Shown piece by piece: positions 1 to 14,934 of a DNA stretch of 64,000 nt. The number at the start of each line of letters is the position of its first letter. Within the stretch, counting starts at the first letter, position 1. The notes under the pieces were generated by a model. It was not told where the DNA came from. It was given only the letters and a program-made list of their open reading frames with translations, and did no database searches. The position numbers and the translations under genes were made by a program. The DNA is from Lingula anatina (taxonomy: Eukaryota; Animalia; Brachiopoda): NCBI GenBank assembly GCA_051362555.1, contig CM120649.1, forward strand, positions 14,074,001 to 14,138,000. Reading direction: 5' to 3'.

Positions 1-104
1 GCACCAATGCTGACAACAGATACAGGTGATGCCTATAGGTGACAAGTATTATTTGTCCATAAAAATATTAAGAATCAGTAAAACTAATAATGACGTCAAC
101 TTAC

Positions 105-289
105 TTCATGTGTGACGTAGGGCTTGCTGGGGGCACAGGAGGGAGGGCATTCAGCAGGTTGATCATGGGAGCACTACTGGATCTCTTCAAGGTACCACCC
201 ACTCCACCAGGGTTGTTGGACTCGTTGGAATTACTGTTACTGCTACTGCTGCTGGTCGGAGGATCAATCTCCATGCTAACACCTGCCAT
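105..289 (-). CDS. FAM122A: First coding exon of FAM122A/PABIR-family PP2A-B55 inhibitor; gene continues off the left edge
   Basis: Translates MAGVSMEIDPP...GGTLKRSSSAPMIN, matching the FAM122 N-terminal pattern (MELD...LRRSNSAPLI). Minus-strand donor GTAAGT at 104-99 and acceptor near 355. Candidate 5'UTR exon donors near 649 and 997. Confidence 0.75.
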
Positions 290-1149
290 GGAAAATGACG
301 GTCACTCCTCCTGCTACACTTATCCTCCTCCTCCTCCTTGATAGCTCTTTTGATCTACATAAAAAATGTCAAGGATTATAGTAAAAATGTTCAAGGTATA
401 ATGTCTCACTGTCTTTGAAAAAATTCATGAGCTGTGTCCATAAGTTGGTTCATTTGCTCCTCAGCACATACACAGTGAAGTTAGTACTGAAGTATACATG
501 TATATTGAAATTAGGCATTGACAACAATAAAATTATTTAATCTATTCATTTAAAGCAGGTTGCTGGTTTGAGATTTTAAGGCACAGTGGACCACAACAGT
601 CACAGACTGCTAAAAGGAAAATTCAAAGATGTGGACTAATTATTCTTACCTTGGATTCATCATTCATATGTGTATAACACACAAAAGCATATCAGGAACA
701 GCAAATGTTATTATTAACGTTTAATTAATTAATTTTTTCACCCTATAAATGCCCGGTAGATTGGTCTAGTAACTTATGCAAAGTTCGTAGTACAAAGTAA
801 CATGCCGATCTTAATTTTCATTAAAAATACATTAGGTAACAGTCATCTAGCTTTCGAGATGCAATGCAAGACCATACACGACAATGGAATTACGCTGCCA
901 GTACTTCACATTTTTCAGAATCATGTTGGACATGCCAAACTTTTTTCATAATCTAAATTTCACATCGCCAAATTTCGGTGATCGTCGTGACTTCACCTTC
1001 CACGAATCACGATACTAGTAATATTTACAATCTGTTTGCCGATCCCTTTGCATTGGAAATGTAGAGATGCCTCTATGCCACAACCCATTTTTACAACAGT
1101 TAGTTTACTACTTACCCAAAAGCTAGTATATAGGGGAGTTGCACAAAAT

Positions 1150-1736
1150 GCTTTTAATAATCCACATCTTCCTGCCGTTCTGTCAGCGGCTCATCTAGGG
1201 GTGCCAAATTTGCTATCAATGGAATTTAACAGTGAATCTTATTGGTTGATCGTCCGTTAACAGACAAGAAGGAAATTATTAAATTTCATGTGTACCTGGC
1301 TAAATAATAACTTTATTTAGAATGTGCATTCATTAAAATCGTCCCAAAATCAAGTAATTAAAATATTGTTTTGCAAAATAGCTTTAAATAACAAAGAGTC
1401 GGTTACAGAAATCAAAATAACCTAAATGCATTGTCCAATAAAAAATGATCTCTTATAAGTCGCTGGGAATGGAGTTTGAGCAAGTACCCACGTAAGCTAG
1501 TTGTTATAAAAAGGACAGTGGATTTTTTCAAAAAGTTGCAAACAATACACTTTCCATGAAATGATATGAAAATTATTGTAAAGAATATTGGGAAATAATA
1601 TGCTATTAATAGAAAAAATATTTTAGACACTGTCGTTGTACCAGTTTACGATACCCATGGCGCTCGTTGGAGTGCGCAAGCGGGGAAATTTTGCGATCAT
1701 ATAGAAGACTTTCACGTTTATCGGAATATCACCACA
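1150..1736. promoter_or_regulatory. Bidirectional promoter between FAM122A-like (-) and RanBP2 (+)
   Basis: Divergent gene starts less than 1.5 kb apart. CpG-enriched patches at about 960-1200 and 1630-1870, with a YY1-type CGCCATCTTG at 1862-1871. Exact TSSs are not determinable. Confidence 0.55.
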
Positions 1737-4700
1737 ATGTCTGTTTACCAGACAAAAAGCCACGTCGACAAGAATGTTTCCATGATACTCAGTAAGCTGA
1801 AAACCGAAAAGGAGGTAAGTTTGACGGACTTTCTTTTTTGTTCATTTGACCCCGTGTAAGTCGCCATCTTGAAATGAACTAACTTAAATGAATAAATGTC
1901 AGTTACCGGCGTTATGTAAATACTGTCCTCTCATTTGTAGTGAGCTGAAAGTAAAGAGGGAGTCACACCTATTTGTGTATGGTACTGGGATGGTATTGCA
2001 GAACTGTCGTTTAGGTCAAATGTCTTTGTTCTTGAGGTTTCATCTCGTACTCGGAGACACATTGGCCATTGTTAAATTCACAGTCACTGTCAATCAGTAG
2101 TAAGGACTCTGCCGTTTGTTGCGTTGGCCAACAGAGTCATACATTGGATTTTAACACATTTTTATGTGACTTATTTTTCAGTTCACCTTCATATTTGGAT
2201 TTATATATATGCAGCTGCATGCCAGAAAATTTAGAAAAAAACATCGAACTTTCACTTTTGAACTTGAATTTTTTTCATTATCCTGTAAATGACATTATGG
2301 GAAATATTCTCATAAAAGACTTATCTTCTTTTTTTTTCTTCTTTACCTTAAAAGAAGATAGTTTTGTTGCCCTGTGGGCAGGTTTGTTTACTTCTTTTGT
2401 CAAATTATACTTGTATCTAATTTAAAAGATTATTGGCTTAAACATATAAATTTGAGGTCAGTATAGTGCGGAGTTATATTTCTAATGTCACTTATTCAGC
2501 AACTTTCTCTTTATTCCAGAGAAACTCCAGAGGTTTGATAATTGCCAGGCAGTATTATGAAGTAAAGGAATATGAGATGGCAAAGAGGTGAGGTTACAGC
2601 CATTTTTTTCATATGAATTGGTTCACATAGAATATGTAACTATTGATTGGCACTGATAGTAGGGTAGACATGATTTTTTAATTGTTAATTAAATTGATAT
2701 TGCAGACATGGTTTTTAAAATAAAAATAATCATTTTTATTTTTTGATTTAAATTGGATATATCGATTTTTTTGGCAGTTTTCTGCCTTAAGTGGTGGCCC
2801 TAGACCTTTAGTCATAAGGCTACTGAGTCATTTCTTCCAACTTTTTTCTTAAGGCCAGTTTTTTACAGCCCCAAACCATGTCTGTGGTAGTAGATAAGCT
2901 GATTTCAGCATATTATCATTATGTCTGTACCCATTGCTATGTATTGCAACCTTATAACATTCAATTGTAAAAAAAAAATTGCAGCAGAATAGATCTATTA
3001 ATGATCACTTATTTTAGAAATGTAAATATTTATTTACAATCATCATTAAAGTAATTTAGCAATGAATTTAAATGAATTTCAGTTTTATCTCATCTAGGTG
3101 GATAATTGTCATCACAAATATATTATTTACATTTGAAGGTATTGTGCTCTCTACCTCACGGTCAAGGAGCAGTATGCCCCAGCTCACAAGTTGATGGGTC
3201 AAATCCATGAAGCTCTAGGACAACTGGACAGGGCAGTGGCTTGTTATAAGAAGTGAGTGATAGTAATTAAGTCTCTAGCCTTAGCTTTGATTAACAATAA
3301 AGGGTATAACAAGGAGGGTTAAAAGTTAATGGTCTGATCTGACTCCAATAAATTGTATCAGTCATAAGTATATATTCAAAATTTTTTTCTTCATCTGTGG
3401 ATTTCTTCTCGAGATAGGCGAGTTTGATTTTGAGGTCTACGGTTAAAATTTCATGGAATTTATTAATTTCAGATGCCTTGAATTGGATGGAGCACAGAAA
3501 GATTTAGTTCTGAAAAGTAAGTGCTTATAATAAAGAATTGATTGATATTGCATTTTGCTGCTTGCATTCATCAGAAATATATAAATTATGCGGGTAATAC
3601 TCCATGATATGCCGTATTTATACATGTTTGTAATATTTTTATTGATGCTATCAAAATGATTTTCTAAAATATATTTTTAATAATTTTCCCTGGATTTAAA
3701 ACGAAGCGGTTACAACAAATTCCTCACTTGTTTTTATTGTTTTTTATTTACTTTTAGTATGCCAGCTATACAGCAAACTGAAGGTAGATCCAGATGTAGC
3801 AAAAGTAAGTAGAAACACTGAAATGTCACCCATTATTGGAATCTATACTGATAAATCGGTTGGTGTTAACATGTTTTCATTTATTAGATAGTTATTTAAA
3901 ACCCTATTATCACATTCTGTTTGATATGCCTTTGGAAAGTACTTGGCAAACAATTACTGACTCCATGGCTGATCTCTCTTTTAAGATCTCTCTTCAGAAC
4001 TTTAATAGCTAACTCGATGGTAGTTCTTATGTCTTTTGCTTGATTGCTTTAAAGATTATTACTATATTGCCAATTTATTTTCTAGTATTGGGCTGAGAGA
4101 GCAGAGAGGCTATTCCCAAACCATGAAGCTATATTTCAACTTAAGGTTAGCATAGTATAAGGAAAAGCATAATTTGTTTGACCACAGTGACTATGGTTTT
4201 TCCATTAAACTCTGTTAATTTTTTATGTATTATTAGCACACAATGTTTCATGTGTGGTAAATTTAAGATTGCTGTATTGTTTGAAATGAGGAAAACTGAA
4301 TAGAATCAGTGTCTGAGGTAGGGGAATGGTGGAACAGTTTATAATACTGGTTTTTATTCAAGCACAGAGTTACTTACTTTTATTTATAATCAAATTCAAT
4401 ATTAGATTGTGGAAAAATAATTCTCTAAATATTTCAATTCTTTAAAACTATTTAGTATATTATATTTGGCAGGTGGTTCGTATTTGGCATGCAAGCGTGA
4501 ACCAAAATCTGGGACAGCGCTAGCAATTTTTTTTGCTTAGCCAAATCACCACTTTTTTGTCAATTTGTTATCAAAATGGATATAATTTGACTAAAACAAG
4601 TCAAATCAAGCCCTTTTTGTTTAGCCAATTTAATTCAGTTTTCAGCTAAATTGGTGAGTGTTAGCGCTACCCCAGAAAATATGGTGTTGTTATTAGAAGT

Positions 4701-5630
4701 TTTGATAAGTCTAACACTGAATTAACTCTTTGTGTTATTTAACAGGAGCAGATCCACATGACAAATGGCAATACAGCACATGACTTGGAAGATTTATTGG
4801 CAGAGGAACTTGTGAGTTTTTTTTTTCCTATAAATGTGACTTGAGAATAGTGCATTCCACTGGATGGCTGACATAAAGCACATTTCAGTTCACTTGATGA
4901 GTTTTTGATAAATAAGCGAGAGTTAGCTTCCAAATTACACAAATTTTGTGGTAAGATGATGCATCTTCTGTATGTGCGAGTGTCTTGTGCTTCTCAAGTT
5001 GAATAAGTCTTACTTTCCCTCAAAATATGTTTTTTGGCTCAAGATTTTTAATTTTGTTGTGATTCTTACCAGTCATATTTGATATTTTACTTGATGCTCC
5101 TTATCACAGGCTAAACGTCCAACAGATGTAAAACTTCGCCTCAAACTTCTGAAGCTGTATCAGGGAAACTGGAGAATCAATGACGCCTACCAACACGCCA
5201 TCTCGGCAGAGAAGACAGGGGCCTACAACAGCAGTTTGGAGTGGTATACTCACCTCGTGAACCTGTTCCAGGTATTTGTTCAGATTCAGTTTGGCAAATA
5301 AAAAATTCATTGGTTAAGATGGAGCAGAATGATTGTTTCATCAATTTATTTGATTGTCACGTTAATTTTTGGTGAACTATAAAAAAAACAGTAAATGTTA
5401 AAGTTTCAAAACATATGAATTTGTTTTCAATATTTTTAGGCCTATAAAGAACAGGCTAATGTGGACGCCATGTTTTACGTCAACTACCTGAGCGCCCTTA
5501 ACAACTTAGTCACCCTCAGCATGGGACACAGAAATGTAGCTGACTGTGCAGAAGCTTTATATAGGTAGGCTATATATATGGAGAGGTGAGAAATCTCCTC
5601 TCCTCCCACTCACTCACTCACACGCGTGCG

Positions 5631-5675
<45 letters not shown>

Positions 5676-8600
5676 CATGCATGCATGCATGCACACACAT
5701 ACACACACACAATTTGGAGTTATTTTACCTGAATAGGATGGATATGATGAAGACCATTCCTCGTGTTTAATGAAGCCATGTATACAATACACAAAACATT
5801 AGATTTAGGTGATTGTAATTAATCCAGTTATTGCTTAAAAGAGGCAAGTTGGATGAGTGGAGAGAAAAATATCACAATATTTAATGCATTCTCTCATTTT
5901 TTATTGAGAGTATTTTGATTATCAACAGTAAATTTTAAACTTGATTTCTTCTCTCGACTCAGGTTTGACCAAGCTCTGTATGAGTGTACTGAAGCCAAAG
6001 TGACCAGCGATGATCTCCCAGTGTTCGAGACCGAGATGGAGGGTCAGTTGTTTTATCATACAGCAACATTGCTCCTGAAAAGATCTCAACAGGTAAGTGT
6101 TTAAGAACTGTACATGGTTCATTGTAGATTCATGATTCCAGATTTTTTTTTCTTTAGTTGGAATGTGAATGCCTTAAGACTAATTAGAATTTTTGCCCAG
6201 ATTCATGATAAATTGAATGAAAATATTTCCTTTAGGCAATGTTTAATATTTGGGTATAGTTTTACTAACTTAAAGCAAAATTTTGCCCAGTTGTACTATG
6301 TAGATCATTTTGCAATATACATATTTAACAAGACTACCCTTGCAAAGATGTTAACTTTGGTTACATGGAATAGTAACTGTTACTTTATGCTATTTTCAAC
6401 ACACACACACACACAAAAAAAAATGAATAGAAAAATAAAAATTGTCAGCTTTAAAATTCATGACTCATTATGTCACATGTACATTCTTTAATTGGGTGAT
6501 TTAATTTTATGATAAAAACTTGTATTTTTAGGGTTACCTGAACTGGAAAGACTCCACCCAATTGGCAACCTCCAGTTTTCTAGTTAGTTACTCCATTGAT
6601 GCACCTAGTGCTCGTGGTTACGCCGTCGTAGGAGGTGACCGTTCTTACCAACGCCTGTATGACGTTGCCTGCTACAGGCTATGTCAAGTTGGTGAGTCCT
6701 TTGTCGGTGAAAGAAATGAATTGTTTTTGAACTAAAATAAACAGCGTAGTTGCTTATAAGTAAAAGTGCATAAAATTTAGTAACAAATATTTATTAACAT
6801 GTGATTTGAAAAAAGTATATGGCCATCTATTACAAATAGAAAAAAATTAAAGTAATGAAGAAGTGTGTTGTGTGTAATAATTGATTTCAAATTGAAGGTT
6901 TAATATATAACTGTCATTCTTTGCTAGTGGTTACAAAATGTTGAATTTGACCGAAAATTTCAAACTTTCTCTGGGAAGCTGTAATTTTGCGATGTGATAG
7001 CTACACCATCACAGTTTATCATTTCATAAAAAGGGAAACAGCAGCTGCCCTTTTTAGGGCACACAGGACAGTTGAACAGCTATACCCACCAAATCCAAGA
7101 CGCGTTACCCTGGGTAATATATTTTGCACAAACTAATGAAAGTCTAATGGAATGTTTTCAGTTTTAGTTTAAATCATAAGGGGGTGTTGTCTCAATGCTT
7201 CAAAACTGGTTTGGAAGAATTTAATCCACATTTCATAATTAATAAAAATGGTGAATATGTGGGTCACGGTAACGTTATTGACGCGGGTACAAAAACTTTT
7301 TATAATCATGTAAATAATAACAATATTTTTGCTATTATCCATACACACTTCATTCATGAGGGGCACACCACTTTCACATGCTTTTAAAATGGAATTGACA
7401 AACACAGAGGAATAATGCACATATTTTATTTACTATAACTCTGTCATATGGGACACACACTGAACAAAGTTGATCTAAAGAATGTTCCAGATTGTAGTTT
7501 TTTATCAGAACTATTATTTTTTTATTATTATTTTAACACAATAAAGTTCAGTTAAATACAAAATTTAACAAAATGAAGTTCAGTGTAACACAAAGTTCAT
7601 AATTATAACATTCTTCCTGACATATGTAGACCAATGGTGATATCTGTTCTGTGCTCACTAAGGCATCCACTCTTGGGATTCTGAAAAAAAATCACACAAA
7701 GAATCTGTTAACTCTGATAACGAACAATGGATAACCTAAGATCACAAATAGTTTATTGCTTATTCAAACAAAGTACAGTGCATTATGAGTGGCAAACACG
7801 CATTACTGAGACACATTTTCTTCACCCATTTTCGGTGCTTCATTGCGTAACGTAAGTGTTGCTAGTAATCCATTATTGCTGTTTTTACAGACGGTTAAAT
7901 TTTAAACGCACGGAATACAGTGTAGCAGCTTAATTTAAGACAAAACTAAAAAAAAGTAATTCAATTTCGATGATTGAGTTTTCGAGAACAAGAGAACATG
8001 AATACGGTATCACCGCGTCACCAAGTTCAATATGACCTTTAGTCCCCCATGTGAAACAGACGCAAAACGAAAGTTCAGACGAAGTCACCCTACTTATAGA
8101 ATGGTAAAAATCAATCGGTACACAAATATGTTGAAACAATTGAAGAAAAATGAAACGAAACTCATTATTTCTCACCTCCATACAAAGAAGATCCCAATAA
8201 ACAATCCTGTGACGGTTAAATCGAGGGAATTACACCTGTGCCCTGCATCCTATCTCGACAGCGTCATTGCGTTATGCGTTATCAGAATGGGCCACCCGCC
8301 AGTTTGAGCTGGTTTTTTTAGTGTGCAAAAGAAGCCATTCGTGTGTAAGACGTCATCAGTTAGTGAGTATGGAAGAAGATCGCTATCGATGTATAATTTT
8401 CACGCGGCATTTTAAAGTCGTCTGATAAAAATCGATCTCTGAAGTTTCAGCGTTGCGAACGTTATATTGGGACGCGGTGAAGAAAAATCGACCTTGCTGA
8501 GCAATAAATGTGAAATTCTTAAGAAAACTGATATTATCTTGGATTTCGTGACACAAACTAACCGACATACTACTTTGGACGATTGAACAGTTTTAATACG

Positions 8601-11600
8601 GAAAGATAGGATTAGATGAAATTTTCATCGGGGTGGGACACCGCATGTATCGTAAGTTAAGCTAATTTTGTGATCATTTTTCAGTGACTTCAAATAAATT
8701 TTTATTTAAATAACAATTTGCACATTCTGTTTATTATATCTTCTTGCAGTAGATGTATTTCCTGCTTCAATAATCCATTCAAACCCTAAACAAACTGTTC
8801 TTAAATAGAGGTAGGGTCAAAATTCCACAAAAAAGGACGCCATTTTGAGGGTTATTTCGATATATTTTCTGCTTTTTCTATTTTTTTGCTTTTATAACAA
8901 CATCCTCCTTGCTCATGCAGCTTCTTTGATTTGTTATTGAAACATACACAACGATGTCATGAGAATTTGGTTGGCTATCTAAATTTAAATAACATTCTTG
9001 TTATGGCCCCCCTGCAGTGCACCACTAGCAAAGAATGACTGATAAATAAGTGAAGTATTAGGAATTTCAAATTGAAATTTTAAAAATAAATTTTAGGTCA
9101 TATGCTGGTTGAACTCAAAAAAGGAAATGCAACAAAATGGCTGCAGAAAGTTAAACAGCAACAGTGCACAGATAAGGCAAGTAGTTGTCTTCATGGAGAA
9201 CTTTTTGCTGTTGTGCAGTTTTCAAATTTTGTGTGAACTGGAATAATTGTAATTTTTTTTCTTTTGATAGGAAAATTAGTGTCTTCAGTGAAACCCAATG
9301 ATATATCTTCTTCTGTTTTATTCTTTGTCACTTTTGCATTGTTAGCACTCATAAAATTTCTATAATGTTAAAGGTGTTTAATTTTTTACGTTTTATATTA
9401 TTTCTTATTGTAAGCACAGTGTGTTTTTGATCTTTCAGGGCCTTGAAAAGTTGTATGACTCAGCATTTTTGATGAAGGACATGAGAGGGCAAAAGGGAAG
9501 CTCCTATATGTGCCAACACAGCTGTTTTACCAACTTTATTGCCAGATTCCCAAATGACGACAGTCTTAGAGAATACGAAATGGGTAAGCAGAATGTTAAG
9601 TTTCATCTGAAATTAATTTCCCAGACATGAGGTTTTCAAATTTCTAAGGGAATTTTGAATTACTTGTATTTTTGATGAAACATCGCAAATTGCAATTATT
9701 AGCTCTCATAATATTTGAAGATCCATTGCTAAAAGTTTTTTTTTAATGTTTGTATTAGTCCTTATCGCAGAATTATATTATATCAATACTACACACAAGG
9801 TTTTCAAACTTTTGGGGAACTGGAACATTTTTGTTCTCTTTATAAAACACTGCAAGTTATATAATGGCTCACTGTATAACTTCACATTTAAGTTCATGAT
9901 TTCAAAAACAGCAGATATTCTCATTCTATATTATTATTCCAGTGGCTCACATGTTACGTCCAGACAGCCTTCACCAGTTGGTGTGGATTGGAATGCAGAG
10001 ATACTCTGAAAAAGACAACACGCAGCCAGCTTGTAAGTCCTTTTCATTGATATATTCATCTGGATTTTTGCTTTAATGATTTATTTTTTCATTCATGCTA
10101 CTTATTTATTTATTTTAATTTTGTTACTCTTTCAATTAATATGATTACTTGAAAGAACAAAAAATCAACTGAAATCGGGTTTACTTAGCAAATAATGTCT
10201 TCTCATATGTTTCAGTTTCCTTTTTAGGATCTTTGCATTTTGGCAGTCAAGTATTTTTGTTTTAAACAATTACTGATTATTACAGGAGGGAAGTCTTAGG
10301 TATTTATAAATTGTAAAAAGATAACTTTCAGAGTTATCAAAGTCATGGGCAATGATGGAAAGTTTTCACAATTTTTAATTGTGACCATCAGTTTTAATAC
10401 TTCCAAAACTTTCAGATAATTTCCGTGTGTTTGATTCCCTCCAGTACAGTACAGGGAACTTGCACACTGGAAGTGCAGAGTCACTTTGTCAGCTGGATAC
10501 AGAGGTAAGGGAAAAGATTAAATACCAAATCTAATATAGGTAATAAAAAGAGATGAAAGGAGTGATGATATTGTCATAGATATAGGGAATTGTTCAATAT
10601 TGTGGTTTAATGGTACATAAAACTGAGGTCATCCTGCACACATTTAACTGATATGTAAAATTTCTAATTTTTATTTATTTTTTCGAACAGATGTTAGATT
10701 TTGGCTTCGCTGAAAAGATTTGAATTAAAAATGTAAGAAATAAAAGCATTTCTTGGATTTCATAAATACACTTTAGTTCTCAGCTTCAGAGCATCAGATG
10801 AGCCTCCAGTCTACTATTGCTCAGTTGATCAACAGAGTAACTTTGATATCTTTTTGTAGGCATTTCTCTATGCAGTCATAAGAACTTGTGTGATGGGTCT
10901 CAAAGAACGCCATAGCCTTATTACCAGTTTTCCCGAGCAGCCATATTTGCTCCCAGCATGCATCTGTGATGGCCTCGTAACCAAGGAGCAATCAGAATGG
11001 TGGCAGGCAGCATACAAGTTGTATATGAATAAAGCAAAGTGTGTTAAACTGTTTTTATGTTTGTTTAAAGAGCAACAGACAATATTTCAGTAAAAGATCT
11101 CCAGTCTTTGATGAAATATATTTCAGTAAGGTTAATATGTTTTATGTCCGCTCAAATCTAGACCTGTATATATTTCATGTTTACCAAGTCACTAGATAAT
11201 AAAAATTAGAAAAACATAAGGTACAAAGAGTCCACTGTAAGTAAATTTTTAAATTATAGTATTTTTCAGTCGGGTTTGAAGTTTGAAAGGTATTAGTCTT
11301 TTACCCACAAAGTAATACACAATTTTATCTCAGAATAAGAAACACAGGCCATGACATAATTTTGAAAATTGACTCGATTTCTTTCCTTCAGGGAAAATTT
11401 TGCCAAGTTACGTCAGACATTACAGCGAGGCCTGGAGGTGATCCGTCTCGTAGGGGCCCATGGTATGGACGTCAGATTAGTGGCACATCTGGCAAGGACC
11501 TTTGAGGAAAGGGTAGGTTGTTTCTGATATTGTTTTTTTCCCTAAATGTTTGGAGTCAATCATGCAATCATGTACCATATCATGATCATTTGAAGAAAGG

Positions 11601-14600
11601 ACAGGCTGTTTGTAATTTATTGAGTTTTTTCTTTTCTGCCTTTCTTTTTTGTTCAATTGATGCATTATGCAGCAAACACTGTCCTTTTTTTCTTTTTTTT
11701 TTTTTTTTAACTTCAGTAATACATGCAGATAATTGTTAATTTCATTGTCCTGTAGCATTCATATCACTGAGAGCAGGACAGTAAAAACAGAACCAATAAT
11801 TTTGTACCATTTTGCAGGTGCTGGAGACCAAGGCCCAGGGCCAGTCGGCCTTAGACAATGCCAAGGACATTGACTGCCTGCGTCAGAGAGCTGCCCACTA
11901 TTGGACTGCAGTCATTGATATGCTGGACAAGATAAAGAGGTGGGTGATAGAGGGAGGAGTGGAGATGAGGCAGTGGAGAGACGTGTGTGTGAGTGTGTGT
12001 GTGTGCATGCATGTGTGTGTGTGTGAGAGAGAGAGAGACAGAGAGAGAGAGTGTGTGTGTGCATGCGTGTGTGTGTGTATGTGTGTGTGTGTATGTGTGT
12101 GTGAGAGAGAGAGAGAGAGGGGAGTGTAGATGAGACAATGAAGATTTCTTTGGACTCTATTTATTTATGTATTTATTTATTTTTTTTACAGCATATGCTT
12201 TATCAAAAGATGCTATGTCATTGAGTTAGGAGATGTCGAATCTGAGATTTTACCTTGACTATGATTAAAAGCAATGTCATTCATTTAAAGAGAAACAATT
12301 TGTGACTTTTAGCAACTATGCTTGCTGCGTAAATGGTACATGTACAAGGTATGTGCCTGGGTAAACCTGTCAACTTAAAATTACCGATGCCAAGGACGTT
12401 ATGTTTTCATCCACGTTTGTCTGTCTGTTTGTGACCTTCCTAACTCGAAAAGCTATGGATAGATTTTGACGAAATTTTCAGGTTGGGTCAGAAACATGCT
12501 AAGTTTAAAAATGATTTTATTTCGGTGGTGATCTGTGATCACCATCTGGATCCAAGGATTTTAAAGGCTTCTCCACCATTGCTAAATATGGCCAATGACC
12601 TTGACCTTGTGCAATGGATGTGCTCTTAACTACCACAATAAATTATTGCAGAGTCCTTGGCGGAGGTCTGCTCTCTCTGAGCTCTTTTTTAGTTGGCTTT
12701 TTGAGTCTAGGGACCAGTTTCATATTAGAACTTTGGACAGAAATTTGGTCTAGACTTTGCCTTTTTCATTTTGAGATCAATCTGCAATAGCCAACCGAAA
12801 AAGTACTTATTAGTTTAAAATTGCAGTCACTTCTTTCTTGTTAGAAAGCAGGTGCAATATTTGTTATGAATACCATGAATCAGCAACAAGGTATATATGA
12901 TGATCAAAGGTGTAAAGTATAAGTGGATGTCACATACTCATTGCTGCCAGCTAGTGGTATATCTGATTTGGGATTCGTTAAAAAGACCAACTGCCAGTCT
13001 AAAGATCTCTTCGGAAACTGGGCTCAACTTGTGTATGTAATAAAAATCTACTCATACTATCAGCTAGATCCATTTCATTCCATTTGCAGTGACATATCTG
13101 AACAGCAATGCATGCAGCTACAACCATATTACTTTATGGATAAATAATATTTAGCACAGCACTGCTACATAACAAAAATCTGCACTATGCTATGCTGTGA
13201 TAAAGGTTTTCAGTGGCCTCTAAATAAGTTGATAAAACAACAATTAATGACTTACAGACTTATAGTGAGAGTCACATGCGGAGCTTCAGTGGAGGAATTT
13301 GGAAACAGTTTTGTTTACTCTCTAATTCAAGAATAATTCTGTTTGAACAATGTCATCTTGTAGGAGGTATAGCAAGGTTATTTTCAAAAAAAAAAAAAAA
13401 AAAATTATGGTTGGACATGAGATTGCATCGTCTTTAAATGCATTATTTTTGTATTTTGTTTAATTCAATATATATTTTTTATTAAATGCACTAGCAGATT
13501 TTCATTATTGCCACCAACTTTGTAGGAATTATGACCAGTGGCAGACATTTTATTATTAGCATACTTACTAAATTAAAGAATGATTACAGATTTGTTCAGA
13601 TCAAATTTTTATTTTCAAAAATTTTTAGTGATCCATAAAAACTTCTTTCAAATTTAGCATTAACAAACAGAGTTAATATTTTGGTTGAAACTTGTCATTC
13701 TCATATCATTGTATCCACTGAAACAATTTGTGTAAATCTTTAGATGCTTATCTTGTCTCTTTTGTAATAAATTTTCTCGTTTTTGCTTGTGTGAAGGCGT
13801 AAGGCTTTTGGCATACTTACAATTCTGTCTCACAGTCATTTCTTCTTGCAGAATTGTGTTGTTTAAAAAAAATTGATGATAATTAAAAAAAAAAACTTAT
13901 GCACTGTTTTATTTAGAACAAAAATACTTAAATTGTAAATGTACTCATTGACAATCCAAAAAGGGTCTGTACATTTGACAGCTACAACTGCCTATTTTTT
14001 TTCATCTTCAGGAACATCCACCCAAAGCAACCCAGACTGGCGCTTTTCCCGCCCCAGGGTGAGGAGCTGACATCAATGGAGATCTCCGCCATGTCGAGAG
14101 AAGCAAAATTCTTCCTGGCTCAGGACGCAATAGAGATGGGAAAATACGAGGAGGCGCTGGAGAGTTTGGAAGCCCTCCCGACACCAGAAGCCTCTCATCT
14201 TCAAGCAAAGGTTTGTTTTGATTGAAACTGAAAGTGATCATTAGTGCCCTGTTCTGTGTATTTCAAGGAAATAATTTGAAAGCAAGTATTTGAGATTGGA
14301 AAGTTCCGATTCAAAATACGGACATCCTTACTTTGTCAAGGGCTTCACATTTTCACACTGTTGTCACATTTTGTGTGTAATGAATACAAAGATTATTATC
14401 AATATATCAGTGGCAATAGTTGTCAGCATGGAAAAATAAAAGATCTGACACATTGTATGGCTTTAAGCCTGTAGATGCTGTAAAGACGAAATACACAGTT
14501 CCACTGTTTTCTTTCAGATCTACCAGCAGCTGGCAGAGGAAGAGAGGGACAACCACCCAGAGATGGAAAACAAGGAAGCAGCACTGCTCACCAAGGCTAG

Positions 14601-14903
14601 GGATTCTCTATACATTACTCTGGACAGAATCCGAACTGACAAAACACATGTGAGTGTCTGTCTGTGATGTTAACTCTGACCCCCTTTGCCAAATCAGAAT
14701 GCAAGTAGCACTGTAGCCCTTCCATAGTGGTTAAGCCAGGATTTGAAATGGGGAGTCCTGAAGTTGTTTTCTTACTGAAGCTGGGCTTTCTCAGTGTCGT
14801 CGTCAAGTTAGACAGCCAAGTCTGAAATTACTGTTGCACCTTATTTATTTGTTGTCAGCAAGTTATCCATTACATTTTGCTTAGAAAAATTAGTTGTTCA
14901 TGT

Positions 14904-14934
<31 letters not shown>

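Noticed and set aside
1-32. Possible next FAM122 exon on the minus strand
   Set aside because: The acceptor is plausible, but the phase-compatible translation is not recognisably FAM122 and is cut by the window edge.
5546-5792. ORFs with HTHTHT/CVCVCV runs (also 11812-12138, 57170-57394)
   Set aside because: Translations of CA/GT microsatellites.
12897-12966. Possible intronic C/D snoRNA (ATGATGA...CTGA)
   Set aside because: No terminal stem and no convincing rRNA antisense element; such boxes occur by chance in AT-rich DNA.
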